Part shown: positions 38,300 to 49,873 of the stretch, in pieces
Position numbering within the stretch: the stretch's first letter is position 1
How the letters are laid out: every line of letters begins with the position of its first letter
Program-made: the position numbers and the translations under genes
Assembly: GCF_006345805.1 (NCBI RefSeq)
Contig: NC_043013.1
Location: forward strand, 43,834,001 to 43,898,000
Length of the DNA: 64,000 bases
From: Octopus sinensis
Taxonomy: Eukaryota
Reading direction: 5' to 3'
The notes under the pieces: generated by a model
Databases searched by the model: none
Told to the model about the DNA's origin: nothing
Seen by the model: only the letters and a program-made list of their open reading frames with translations

Positions 38300-39675
38300 T
38301 TAAACAGAAAAAGAAAATAAAACAAAATCAGAAAGAACAATGCAAAATGAAAAAAGGAGTTGGTGGTATCAAATCAGATGATTAGTTAAGTATACCAACA
38401 AAGGAATGGTAGGATCCATTTAACAGACTCTATCCAGATTAACTCAAAATGCTTAAGTGAATCTGAGGTTATGGTAGAAGACACTCGTCCCATTGGTCCT
38501 GATAAATTTCTTTATAACTCACTTCCATAAAACCAGTGGTTAGTTATGGACTGTTCTAAACAGATAGCAAATAAAAATCTCTCTTCTTGTTATTTTACTC
38601 CTAATTTCTCAACAAAGACATGATGGTTGTTTGGGGGCAAATATGACAATTTGTGTATGTTTTTCTATTTCCTGTTCAGTTGGAAATTTAATCTAAGACT
38701 CTGTTGTTGCTCCATGGAAGAGTATTTTGGAGCATTCAGAAATAGGTCAATGGTTAATAAGCTCTAGATTCAATTGCAATGTGTGACGCCAAAGGCAAGT
38801 GTCTTTGACTATAAGTTGATCAATGCCTTAAGAGTAGATCTCGGAAATTGTACAAAAACCCCTCATGTGTGTGTGTGTGAGTGTGTGCGCGCGTGTGTGT
38901 GTGTGTGTGTGTGTACACATGCACACATACACACAATCAGTCAGTAGTTCATAAATCCAACAAGAAGCACACTAAATCTTTAGAGCAGTAACACTTGAAA
39001 AGTTGTTTGTTATGGCTGGTCAGGGAGTGACCATTGGTTTCAAATTTGTAAAGTTCTTAGCAGTATACTCTTTTACTTGTTTCAGTCATTTGACTGTGGC
39101 TATGCTGGAGCACCGCCTTTAGTCTGTAGCTCTTATAAATAGTTGATAAAGAAGGCTCTGTAATTATGCTACTGAAATAGGAGAAAATGTACACACTGGG
39201 TTCATGTTGGTGAACTTTTAAAAGACTCCGCCGGTTACGACGACGAGGGTCCCAGCTGATACGATCAACGGAACAGCTTGCTCGTGAAATTAACGTGCAA
39301 ATGGCTGAGCATTCCACAGACACGTGTACCCTTAACGTAGTTCTCGGGGATAATCAGCGTGACACAGAGAGTGACAAGGCTGACCCTTTAAAATACAAGT
39401 ACAACTCATTTTTGCCAGCTGAGTGGACTGGAGCAACGTGAAATAAAGTGTCTTGCTCAAGGACACAACGCGTCGCCGGGAATCAAACTCACAACCTTAC
39501 GATCATGAGCCGAATGCCCTAACCACTAAGCCACGCGCCCTCACTGTTGGTGAACTAGAGCTGTTGTCTAAGTTGTGCAAAAGTCATGAGAAGGACTGTT
39601 GAAGCAGTAAAAATACGAATGTGGTTATCTCAGCTGTGGACAGTCACAAACTGAAGTTTGGTACTCAAAACATAC

Positions 39676-39913
39676 CTATTTCTTTACTACCCACAAGGGG
39701 CTAAACACAGAAGGGACAAACAAGGACAGACAAACGAATTAAGTCACTTCCATCGACCCCAGTGTGTAACTGGTACTTAATTTATCGACCTCGAAAGGAT
39801 GAAAGGCAAAGTCGACCTCGGCAGAATTTGAACTCAGAATGCAGTGGCGGACGAAATACCCCTAAGCAGTTCGCCCGGCATGCTAACGTTTCTGCCAGCT
39901 CGCCGCCTTTGGC
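39676..39913 (-). mobile_element. SINE family 1 monomer with TSD
   Basis: ACTCAAAACATAC flanks both ends. Confidence 0.85.
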
Positions 39914-40224
39914 ACTCAAAACATACATATTTATAAGTTTTGTAAAGGAACATTCTAGCAGCTTCTAGAAAGATCTATCAAGTGGTGTCTCAATGCTGAT
40001 TAGTCCATAACTTGGCCAATCACATGTAAAAGCTGTTGCTAAGCTGTGATTTTAACTTGGCAATTTGTCAATTCAGTTTTAAATCTTGCTACTGGACATA
40101 AAAAAAAAATCCCACTGAATATTTTATCTGTTGCACAAAAACGTTTGTGTAACTATAAACTATGTGTATCTCGCTCTTTAGAAGTGGTACACCATACCTC
40201 TGTGTGTTACAAGAGGAGACTAAG

Positions 40225-40545
40225 AGGGTTGGTTTGTTGTTTGTTTGTTCCTTCTCGAGCCGTGCTTGGCTCATAAGGGCCGGTTTCCCGGTTTCTTGGC
40301 GTATAGGCTCCCCACCTGGACGGGACGCTGGTCTGTTGCAGGTGAGCTGCAAGATGCAGGAGGAAAGAGTGAGAGAAAGTTGTGGCGAAAGAGTCAGCAG
40401 AAGTTCGCCATTACCTTCTGCCGGGGCTGCGTGGAGATTAGGTGTTTTCGCTCATAAACACACACATCGCCCAGTCTGAGATTCGATCCTGCGATCCCTC
40501 GACCGCGAGTCCGCTGCTCTAACCACTAGGCTTTGTGCCTCCACA
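40225..40545 (-). mobile_element. tRNA-derived SINE, family-2-related head with a different body; second copy at about 61813-62105 (+)
   Basis: GGAGGCACA..CCTAGTGGTTAGAGCAG(C/T)GGACTCGCGGTCGAG head; the two copies share their body. Confidence 0.75.
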
Positions 40546-40905
40546 AGAGGGTTGGTTTCCAGCAGTAAAACACTGCCTCAAAATGCTCTGTCCAAATGTT
40601 GCCAACAAACAAGAGCAGATGTTAAAGATGATCAATATATGTATGTACAAAACACAAGCAAGTAAAAAAACCTGAAGGCTCAATCAGGCTGTTAAAAACA
40701 GAACCAAACTCTGTTTCACATTACATTCTACCAGCTTAAATAAAGAAAGATGCATTAGATAATGCAATTCTTGATATACAATAGGGTGCTATGGTCCCAG
40801 ACAGAATGCCATTGTAATCCTCTGGGGTGGGGGTCAAGACTGACAACAACAATATATACTAAGATGACAAAAATAGATTAGAATAGAATAGACCAATTTA
40901 CATAC

Positions 40906-41069
40906 CCGAACCAGATCTTCTTGGGTTTCGAATTCCCTTAAGCATTCATCCCAGTGACAATTGGTCTCAATGAAGTCTGGTTCACCTTCTTGTGGAATAT
41001 GATTGCTCCCTCTCTGCAAATCTTCAGCACAGGCTTTTTCTTCATCTTCTTCACCAGGGTCAGACACTG
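40906..41069 (-). CDS. Gli: Gli coding exon H (phase 1-0): ..EGEPDFIETNCHWDECLREFETQEDLVR, start of zinc finger 1
   Basis: ETNCHW is the start of Gli ZF1; tandem TAGCAG acceptor; CGG|GTATGT donor. Confidence 0.96.
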
Positions 41070-41743
41070 CTATTTAAAAATAAGTTTATATATATATATA
41101 TATATATATATCATCATCATCATCATCTTTTAGCGTCCGCTTTCCATGCTAGCATGGGTTGGACGGTTCAACTGGGGTCTGTGAAGCCAGAAGGCTGCAT
41201 CAGGCCCAGTCTGATCTGGCAGTGTTTCTACGGCTGGATGCCCTTCCTAACGCCAACCACTCCATGAGTGTAGTGGGTGCTTTTTACGTGCCACCCGCAC
41301 AGGTGCCAGACGGAGCTGGCAAACAGCCACGGACGGATGGTGCTTTTTACGTGCCACCAGCACGGGGGCCAGGCGAGGTTGGCAATGGCCACGATCGGAT
41401 GGTGCTTTTTACGTGCCACCGGCACGGAGGCCAGCCGGGGCAGCGCTGGCTATGGCCACGATCGGATGGTTATATATATATATAATAATATTAGGGAGTA
41501 AATCCAAACTTATAGGGAAAAATTAGATTTAGGATTAAATCTAATTTTACAGTATAAATATATATATTTATATATTAAATTAGAGATAAATATAAATTAA
41601 TAATTTACAAAATTTTTTTAAATTTTGTATATTATATTAATTAATTTTATTTCTATGTTTTGGTTTATGTTTTTCACTGTTTGATTTGCCTAATAGTGGT
41701 TTTATCTCTAATTTAATATATAAATATATTTATATATATATTC

Positions 41744-41910
41744 AAATTCTCAAACGCAGGATAATGCTAATAATATAGCTTGAAGAGGATAAGCTACCCC
41801 TATTTTGCAGAAAAAAGTGTTGCTGGCTGCCAACACTTTTTTTCTGCAAAATAGGGGTAGCTTATCCTGTTCAGTCTATATTATTAGCATTATCCTACGT
41901 TTGAGAATTT
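41744..41910. repeat. About 167-bp near-perfect hairpin (foldback MITE)
   Basis: AAATTCTCAAACG..GATAAGCTACCCCTATTTTGCAGAAAAAAGTGTTG is mirrored across a loop of about 8 nt. Confidence 0.85.
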
Positions 41911-42435
41911 AAAATCACTTCTTTAACTTTCTAAGACAACTCAATGCTTCTAAAGCAAACTTCATTTGTTTATGTTCTTCGTAATTTAAATTTATATATA
42001 TATATATATATTACACACGAACACACATATATATATATATGTATATTTGTGTGTGTGCATGTACATATATATGGGTACATAGATGGGTAAAATAGCACAA
42101 ATGGAACAAGAGTATAAGAGAAGGGCAATTGGATAATGTGAGAGGTTAAAATAGGAAGACAAAAATTCAAAGAGAAGAGGACAAAATGTAAATACACACA
42201 GACTCCAAAAGAATTAACACAGAAAGTTGTGTATGGTGAATTCTACACTAAAAAAAGCAAAAGAAAAAGAAGTAGACAGACGTTTCAGGTGAACACTTTA
42301 TTAAAGTAGAGTTTAAAAAAATAAGGAAGAAGAAAAAGAAACAACACCTGTTTAAAGCACATGTTTGCCTTTCAAATACATGGTGTGTGCACGTGTATAT
42401 GCATTCATATATATCTGTGTGTGTGTGTGTATGTA

Positions 42436-42476
<41 letters not shown>

Positions 42477-43639
42477 TAGGCACGTGGCTTTGTGGTTAGG
42501 GCATTCGGCTCATGATCGTGAGTTCAATTCCTGGCGACACGTTGTGTCCTTGAGCAAGACACTTTATTTCACATCGCTCCAGTCCACTCAGCTGGCAAAA
42601 ATGAGTTGTACCTGTATTTCAAAGGGCCGGTCTTGTCACATTCTGTGTCAAGCTGAATCTCCCTGAGAACTACGTTAGGGGTACGCGTGTTTGTGGAGTG
42701 CTCAGCCACTTGCACGTTAATTTCACAAGCAGGCTGTTCCGTTGATCGTATCAGGTGGGACCCTCATCATTGTATCCGACGGAGTGCTCCTATACACACA
42801 CACACACACAAAGAGAGAAGTAACAGAGAAAGAAAGAGTAAGCTATGCCTGGCTCAATATCTACCAGTATATTTGTTATCAGTTTTCATCTTGAATTGTT
42901 AACATACAGGTATGTAAATAATTCTCAATTAACTGAATATTCTTCTCTGCCAACAAAGATCAATTTTTCCTCTAAGCAGGTAAATTAATTCTTTTTTTTT
43001 ATGATTTAGTCTAGGGGATGGTGTTGTGCCTATTAACTTCATAGATCCCCTGGGACCAGCTGCGAATAACTTTAAGTTGATGGCTGCAGTAAAAATATGG
43101 GCATGGAGGGAATTCTAGAAAACTCATATTTTGAGGACAAAATACTAAACGCAGTTCAAGGCTAACTTATGGTTAGCCTTGAACAAGGAGGCCAATATGA
43201 TCAGAATTTCTCCATCTACAATCATCCTGTCTTATTCAGACATTCATTTAGGACTGCATTATCAAATGTATTCTTTTCTAAAGATACTAGGATGTGATTT
43301 GAGGAAGATTTAGCTACTTTTTCTAGAAGATCAGGCAGCCACACTAAGATTTCTTCATTGGTTACCTTCATTTCATTTTGTAGCTAGCTCCTGGTCAACC
43401 ATTGCAAAATAGACCATTGACCAATAGTGACCCAGCTATCATCATCCCATCATTTATCTTGGTATAGTCTATCTAAGACTACACATTATCTAATGTTTTC
43501 TTTCTTTTTGATGAGGGCAATGTATGAATCGAAGAAAAATTTTGTTGTTATTTCTGGAAAGTTTGAGTGATCACATGGTTCTCTTGCCAGCTTCCTTCAA
43601 TTTTTAAAATTTTGTATGGCGTAGAGTATGTTAACTTAC

Positions 43640-43760
43640 CTTGGAGGCATTCCACTTCTTTTTTAATTTTGGATCGTTTAAATATGTCTGCTGCTTGTTC
43701 CATTGTACTACTACTGACCACACTACTACCTGCATCACACTTGCTTGTGGAGGATGACAT
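43640..43760 (-). CDS. Gli: Gli coding exon G (phase 0-1): MSSSTSKCDAGSSVVSSSTMEQ..KIKKEVECLQ
   Basis: ccttctaccag acceptor, G|GTAAGT donor; SVVSSST resembles the Gli AVSST motif. Confidence 0.9.
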
Positions 43761-44115
43761 CTGGTAGAAGGAAAAATACAAAACATCGGTGAAAGACAAC
43801 GATAAAAGAAGAATCTCTCAAACTGCCTACAGCATGAAAAATACATAATTAAGTGAAGGCTAACATGCTTTAATATATTGAGCAAAAAGAAGGTGGCATG
43901 CTGGCTGAGTCATTACCGTGCCAGGAAAAATGCTTGGCAGCATTTCATCTGACTTTACCTTCTGAGTTCAAATCCTACCAGGCTCAACTTTGCCTTTCAT
44001 CCTTTAGGAATTGATAAAATAAAGTACCAGTCGAACACTGGGATTGATGTAAGCAATTTATCCCCACTCCAAACTTGCTGGTCTCAAGCCAAAAACTGAA
44101 ACAAATATATACGTA

Positions 44116-44340
44116 CAGGGTTGGCCAAAAGTCACCTGCCAGTAAATCAAAATTCCATAAATACTATCTGTAATTCTGTGACTTGAATGGAAAAAATGTG
44201 TCGCTCAAGAAGGACTTCAGTTTGAACAATTTTTATGATATCTTAAATGCTTTTATTAAATTCATTAAGTTGTTAAACTTAAATAAATCTTGGAATTAAA
44301 TGGTTTTGATTTACTGTCAGGTGACTTTTGGCCAACCCTG
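44116..44340. mobile_element. Tc1/mariner MITE, 225 bp
   Basis: TIR CAGGGTTGGCCAAAAGTCACCTG..CAGGTGACTTTTGGCCAACCCTG with TA TSD. Confidence 0.92.
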
Positions 44341-45539
44341 TATATTGAGTAAAAAGAAAAAGAGCATAATTGTTCATTTTAATGATAATTGTCAATGGCA
44401 AGGGAGGCAACTCTAAAATTGAAATTGATTAAAAATTTCAATGAGAACACGCACTTGGTATGAGTATGATATTTGGTAATAGTGACATGTTTCAGTCATA
44501 TTAAACCTCCTTAGTAAACCATTCTTTCATTCATACTTACCAGGTCTTAGAATAACTATAACGTTACATGGGATTTTAGTGACAAATACTCACCAATGAG
44601 GACATTTCAATAATACAATACTAATAACTGCAAAACTAAAAATAATAAATGAAAGTTTTGTTCTAGTTTTTTTTTTTTAAGTAATCATCACCTTCAAATT
44701 TACTGCTAGAGTACTATTCGTGTTATAGGACAGCTATTGGTTTTGTATTATCATTGGTATAATACTATCAGTGATATAGTACTGTTATTGATATAATACT
44801 ATCAGTGGTACCATACCATCAATATAAAACTGTAAGTGGTTTAGTCTCCTTTGAAGATACTTACAAGACCATCCTGGCAGACAAGAGAAAAGGGTGGGAA
44901 AACAAAACACACCTGGCCCTGATCAGCCCACTTTCACTTGCAGACTCTACAGTTGTGTCTGTCAGTTCTGAATTGGACTTGCCAGGGATCAGAATGCTAA
45001 CATTTCTGCCAGCTCGCTACCTTACATATATATAATGTTAAAAGCAAAAGAGATGAAGGATACATCAATTAAAATTGAAGAGGGAAAATGTTGTATTTGA
45101 GACAGTACTTTACGAGGGAATGGAGGAAAGGGTGAGTTAGAAATATTAGACATGCTCTTCTTTCTTTACATCAAATATATCATCATCATCATCGTTTAGC
45201 GTCCGCTTTCCATGCTAGCATGGGTTGGACGATTCAACTGGAGTCTGGGAAGCCAGAAGGCTGCACCAGGCCCAGTCTGGTCTGGCAATGTTTCTATGGC
45301 TGGATGCCCTTCCTAATGCCAACCATTCCGTGAGTGTAGTGGGTGCTTTTACGTGCCAGACGAGGCTGTTATATACTTTATAGAATTGTATATACTTTAT
45401 AGAACTGTATATACTTTATAGAATTAAGTGGGTTGTTGTATTGTAGTCTCAGCTTGTCAAGCAGACTTTGTTGACATCCTTTTTGTCTCCGGAGACAATG
45501 GAGTTGCACATAAAATAATCTAGTCCAGCTTTTACATTT

Positions 45540-46030
45540 CATGTCCTAATACATCTCCTGCTGTGGATGTGTAGTCCTACCCTGGACAAACACTCCCTCT
45601 GGCAGGTGCCGCAAATGTAGCGAAGACTTTGCCTGGCTGGTTGTAATGTCATAGTTTCTTGTTGACGTCTTTTGTTGTCTTTCCATTTCTCCTCTCTCCT
45701 TCTGTCACTCCTTTGTGTTCCCTCTTTTACGGTCCGTCGCCAATCTCCACGGTTGCTGGCAACTGCTTCCCAGTTGCTAATATTGATGTCGCAGGCCTTC
45801 ATGTCCCTTTTGCAAACATCCTTGTATCATAAGAACAGTCTTCCCACAGACCTAGTGCCCCTAGCAAGCTCCCCGTAGAGTAAGTCCTTGGGGATTCTGC
45901 CATCTTCCATACAACTAACATGTCCGAGCCATCTTATACGTCTTTGTGTGAGGAGTGCAAACATGCTTGGTATTCCTGCTTGCTTGAGGACATCTTGTTG
46001 GGGACACGATTCTGTCATTTGATGCCAAGG
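45540..46030 (-). mobile_element. RTE/BovB-like LINE ORF C-terminal fragment
   Basis: QRRIRWLGHVSCMEDGRIPKDLLYGEL..YKDVCKRDMK..YICGTCQRECLSRVGLHIHSRRC, with the terminal C-x2-C..H..C motif of BovB-type RTEs. Confidence 0.88.
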
Positions 46031-47369
46031 ATTTTTCAAGCAGACACATAAATAAACAGCTAAACAATTAGACATGATCCACAAATTCATTATGAGAAAT
46101 GAGCAATATCCTGTCTTATATGTGAATTTTCTGTTTGTTCCTTTGTTGTCTCTAAATTTTGGAACTTATTATTTAATGTAATGCCATGCACCATTCTTAT
46201 TTTTACTTATTTGGTAGTCATCATCATCATTATCATTTAACGTCTGCTTTCCATGCTGGCATGGGTTGGATGGTTTGACAAGAGCTGGCTAGGCAGGAGC
46301 CTGGTTCTGTTTTGGCATGGTTTTTATAGCTGGATGCCCTTCCTAGCACCAACTACCCCACAGAGTGGACTGAGTGCTTTTTACATGGCACCAGTACAGG
46401 TGGGATCAGTTTTTGCATGGTTGTACAGCTTTAATGAGAATCTTGTGCTTGGTGACAATGGCAGATTTCCTTGATTCGAGGAGACAATTTTATTAGCTTC
46501 AGCCATGAATCACCACCATTTGTCATTTCAAGTTTGCTTCTTTTGGCTCAAAGCAAATCTTCAACAACATTAAACCACACTAAACAAAATAAGGCTAAAA
46601 AAAAATAAGATTTTGGATCTCACACTCCACCACAATTTCCCCAGGTCCCACCAGTGAGGCATAGACTCCATGTTTGGAATCACTGGTATAGAGTGTCTAT
46701 ATGTTCTTGATATTGTACAACCCCAGGTCAACCCTGACTGAGCAAATCTAGAGCACAAATGTAAATCAAGAAATCCATAAAATGGAAGTTGTGTGTGTGT
46801 TGTCGCTTAGCACCAGGAGAACCCTTACTGAGCAGACTTATGATCAAATACATTCCAGCTATTGGGGCCATCCGAGGTTTTTTAAATGTACAAATCTAAT
46901 GTGTTCAGTTCTTACATAGAGGATAATCTGGGAGAGTTCTGGCTGTCATTTCAAAATTACTGACTGATTGCTGCATGCGTGTGCATGCGTTTATTTGTGT
47001 ATATGTGTGTGTGTGTGTGAGAAGAGGTATGTGTTTGTTTGTTTGTGGTGTGTAATACTGATTTCAAATTTTTGCACAAGGCCAGCAATTTTGGGGGAAG
47101 TGGTAAGTTGATTACAACAACTGCAGGCCTCAACCTGTTTCCATGGAAGGTAATATTTCCTCATGACAAGTCTTCAGGGAATATCGAGAACAAACAACAC
47201 TGCTTGTATGACAGTGAGACTCATCTACAATTACTACCCAATGTCAAGACAAAGGGACACAAACATAAAGACACCCACCCTTAGGTACATTCATGCATAT
47301 ACATATACAATGGATTTCTTCCAATTTCTGTTTACCAAATTCAGTCACAAAGCTTTGGTCAACCTAGAG

Positions 47370-47570
47370 CAGTGGTTTTCAACCAGGGTTCCGCCAGTAC
47401 AGTCCAGGGGTTCCGCAAGAAGTTACAAAACTGCTAAAATCGGCAATAATTTTTAATTCTCCTGTGCAGATATGTGTGCATAAGACTATTAAATTATTGC
47501 ACAGGGGTTCCTCGAGCCAGTGGAATGTTTCCTTGGGGTTCCGCTCCAGCAAAAAGTTTGAAAAGCATTG
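47370..47570. mobile_element. hAT-like MITE, 201 bp, inserted into a SINE
   Basis: CAGTGGTTTTCAA..TTGAAAAGCATTG with perfect 8-bp TSD ACCTAGAG. Confidence 0.92.
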
Positions 47571-47785
47571 ACCTAGAGATATAGTAGAAGATACTTGCCC
47601 AAGGTGCCAAACAGTGGGAATGAACCTGAAACAATGTTGTTTGGAAGCAAACTTCTTAACCATACAGCCACACCTGTGCATATATTTAAATAATTAAGAC
47701 AGAAAAAGAAACAACAAAAATAAAATAAGAATAAAACACTGTTGGTGAGGGTTAGAGGCACATGGAAGGTTTGGATTTTACCTAC

Positions 47786-47979
47786 CTGGGGTTCATGCTT
47801 TGGAATTGGATGAGCAATTGGTTGAGATGAAGGCGGCAAGACTTGACCGAGAGGCGGCTGTCGGGCAAACATTGGATGCATGACTGGGTAAAAAAATGGT
47901 GATGGTGCGAAAGCTGTGGCACGGAGGTAGGGTGCTGTAGGGATGTGTTGGTGTGCTGGACTTACTGCTCCGAATGAAG
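47786..47979 (-). CDS. Gli: Gli coding exon F (phase 1-0): SFGAVSPAHQHIPTAPYLRATAFAPSPFFYPVMHP..PKHEPQ
   Basis: ttcttccgcag acceptor, CAG|GTAGGT donor, open frame, phases match both neighbours. Confidence 0.9.
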
Positions 47980-48036
47980 CTGCGGAAGAAGTAGTGGACA
48001 GATAGAGAGATAAAGCTCTGTGTGTGTGTATAATTA

Positions 48037-48440
48037 AGGAATTATTAATTTAATAATTAATAAATTTTACCAAGTAGTTTCAGTATGGAAAGAGAAGCAT
48101 TATCAGTAGAAACTTTTACAAAAAGTTTTTTATATATAATTAAATATAATTAAGGGTTAAGCAACAACTTGCTTCACCACATACCGAAAATTTAGAAACA
48201 GCAGCCAAAGACAGATATGACTCCACTGTGGAGTCATATCTGTAGTAAAAAGGAATGAGCTGTCTTTGGCTGCTATTTCTAAATTTTCAGTATGTGGTGA
48301 AGCAACTTGTTGCTATAACCCCTAATTATATTTAATTATATATAAAAAAACTTTTTGTAAAAGTTTCTACCGATAATGGTTTTCTTTCCATACTGAAACT
48401 ACTTGGTAAAATTTATTAATTATTAAATTAATAATTCTTT
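48037..48440. repeat. About 400-bp foldback palindrome
   Basis: Arms are reverse-complementary; perfect 16-bp stem at the centre (48211-48243). Confidence 0.9.
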
Positions 48441-48950
48441 ACCTAATATCTGTAATGATATATATATATACATACAAACACACACACATATATATGTAGA
48501 TAGACAGACAGATAGACAAACCGATAGATAAACAACTGGTATTGTTGTTGCTTAGCTCAAATTCAGCTGTGATCAAATGCAGAACCTCCCTTTATATTTC
48601 CTACATAATGTAGTGAGATCTGAAACATTAGTGGGGTCTGCTTCATAATTGCACAATTTCCTTTACTCTAACTTTCTTGAAATAGGCATGAATGTCACAC
48701 CTAACTCCCCTTCTTTCTTCCGTTTAAAACAATCTCAATGCCCATATGAAAAGGTCTTGAAGCATCACCTTACCTCTCTGACTAAGCCATATAAAGATAT
48801 GATGAGCTAAGTATCAGTAACGAAAGCACAATAAGATTGGAGTTGTCTCCGATACTATCTAAGAAAATGAAAATATTAGTATTAGTTATTGACTAAGAAT
48901 GTACTTTTTTTTCTTATTCCTCATTAGTTTTTTAATACTCTCTGCATTAA

Positions 48951-49582
48951 CCCTTTAGTGTTCAGATTATTCTATCAAACATAATGCTTATTGATTCACA
49001 TTGATTCATTATCTCATATCTATTTCTTTTACTACCCACAAGGGGCTAAACACAGAGAGGACAAACAAGGATAGACAAACGGATTAAGTCGATTATGTCG
49101 ACCCCAGTGCATAACTGGTACTTATTTAATCGACCCCGAAAGGATGAAAGGCAAAGTCGACCTCGGCGGAATTTGGACTCAGAATGTAGCGGCTGACGAA
49201 ATACCTATTTCTTTACTACCCTCAAGGGGCTAAACACAGAGAGGACAAACAAGGACAGATAAACAGATTAAGTCGATTATATCGACCCCAGTGCGTAACT
49301 GGTACTTAATTTATCGACCCCGAAAGGATGATAGGTAAAGTTGACCTCGGCGGAATTTGAACTCAGAACATAGTGGCAGATGAAATACTGGTAAGCATTT
49401 CGTCCGGCGTGCTAACGTTTCTGCCAGCTCGCCGGCTTGTCTCATATCGTCAAGATCTTGATGGTGTAATTACTTAATGTAGAATAACATTGTAGGGTAG
49501 GTGTGAGAGCCCGGATCTGGTCAGTTTGAACATAACACATTAACTATTTTGGCCGGATATGGCCGGTTTAAATACTAAAGGG
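48951..49582. mobile_element. piggyBac-like MITE interrupted by a SINE family 1 dimer (49021-49439, TSD TCTCATATC)
   Basis: TTAA|CCCTTTAG..CTAAAGGG|TTAA; an intact 221-bp homolog lies at 56427-56647. Confidence 0.85.
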
Positions 49583-49675
49583 TTAAATATATCAGCAGTA
49601 ATTTAGTCTTGGTATCAGATGACAACATAGTTGAGCAGGAATGAGAGCAAGATAATGAAAGTAAGAGGTATTTAC

Positions 49676-49873
49676 CAGCAGATAAGTGACCATAGGAGCC
49701 ACTAGCAGCACTTGAGCTACGAGAATTGTGAGGAAGTGGTGTTAACTGGAGTGAGCCTTCAGAACTTCGCGTTAAGCTTTGGATGTCGAAGTAGTCGGAT
49801 ATTGGAGAATGAGACAAAGCCCGCTTGCGGCTTTTTGATATATTGGTTGGTCGGGGACTTGTTAATCGGGAAC
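49676..49873 (-). CDS. Gli: Gli coding exon E (phase 1-1): SRLTSPRP..RKRALSHSP..SRSSSAASGSYGHLSA, N-terminal repressor and SUFU-binding region
   Basis: RKRALSxSP and SYGHL are hallmark Gli/Ci motifs; catcattcag acceptor, G|GTAAAT donor. Confidence 0.97.

Noticed and set aside
45365-45425. Three copies of a 19-20 bp unit (ATATACTTTATAGAA(T/C)TGT)
   Set aside because: An ordinary short slippage repeat at an RTE junction.
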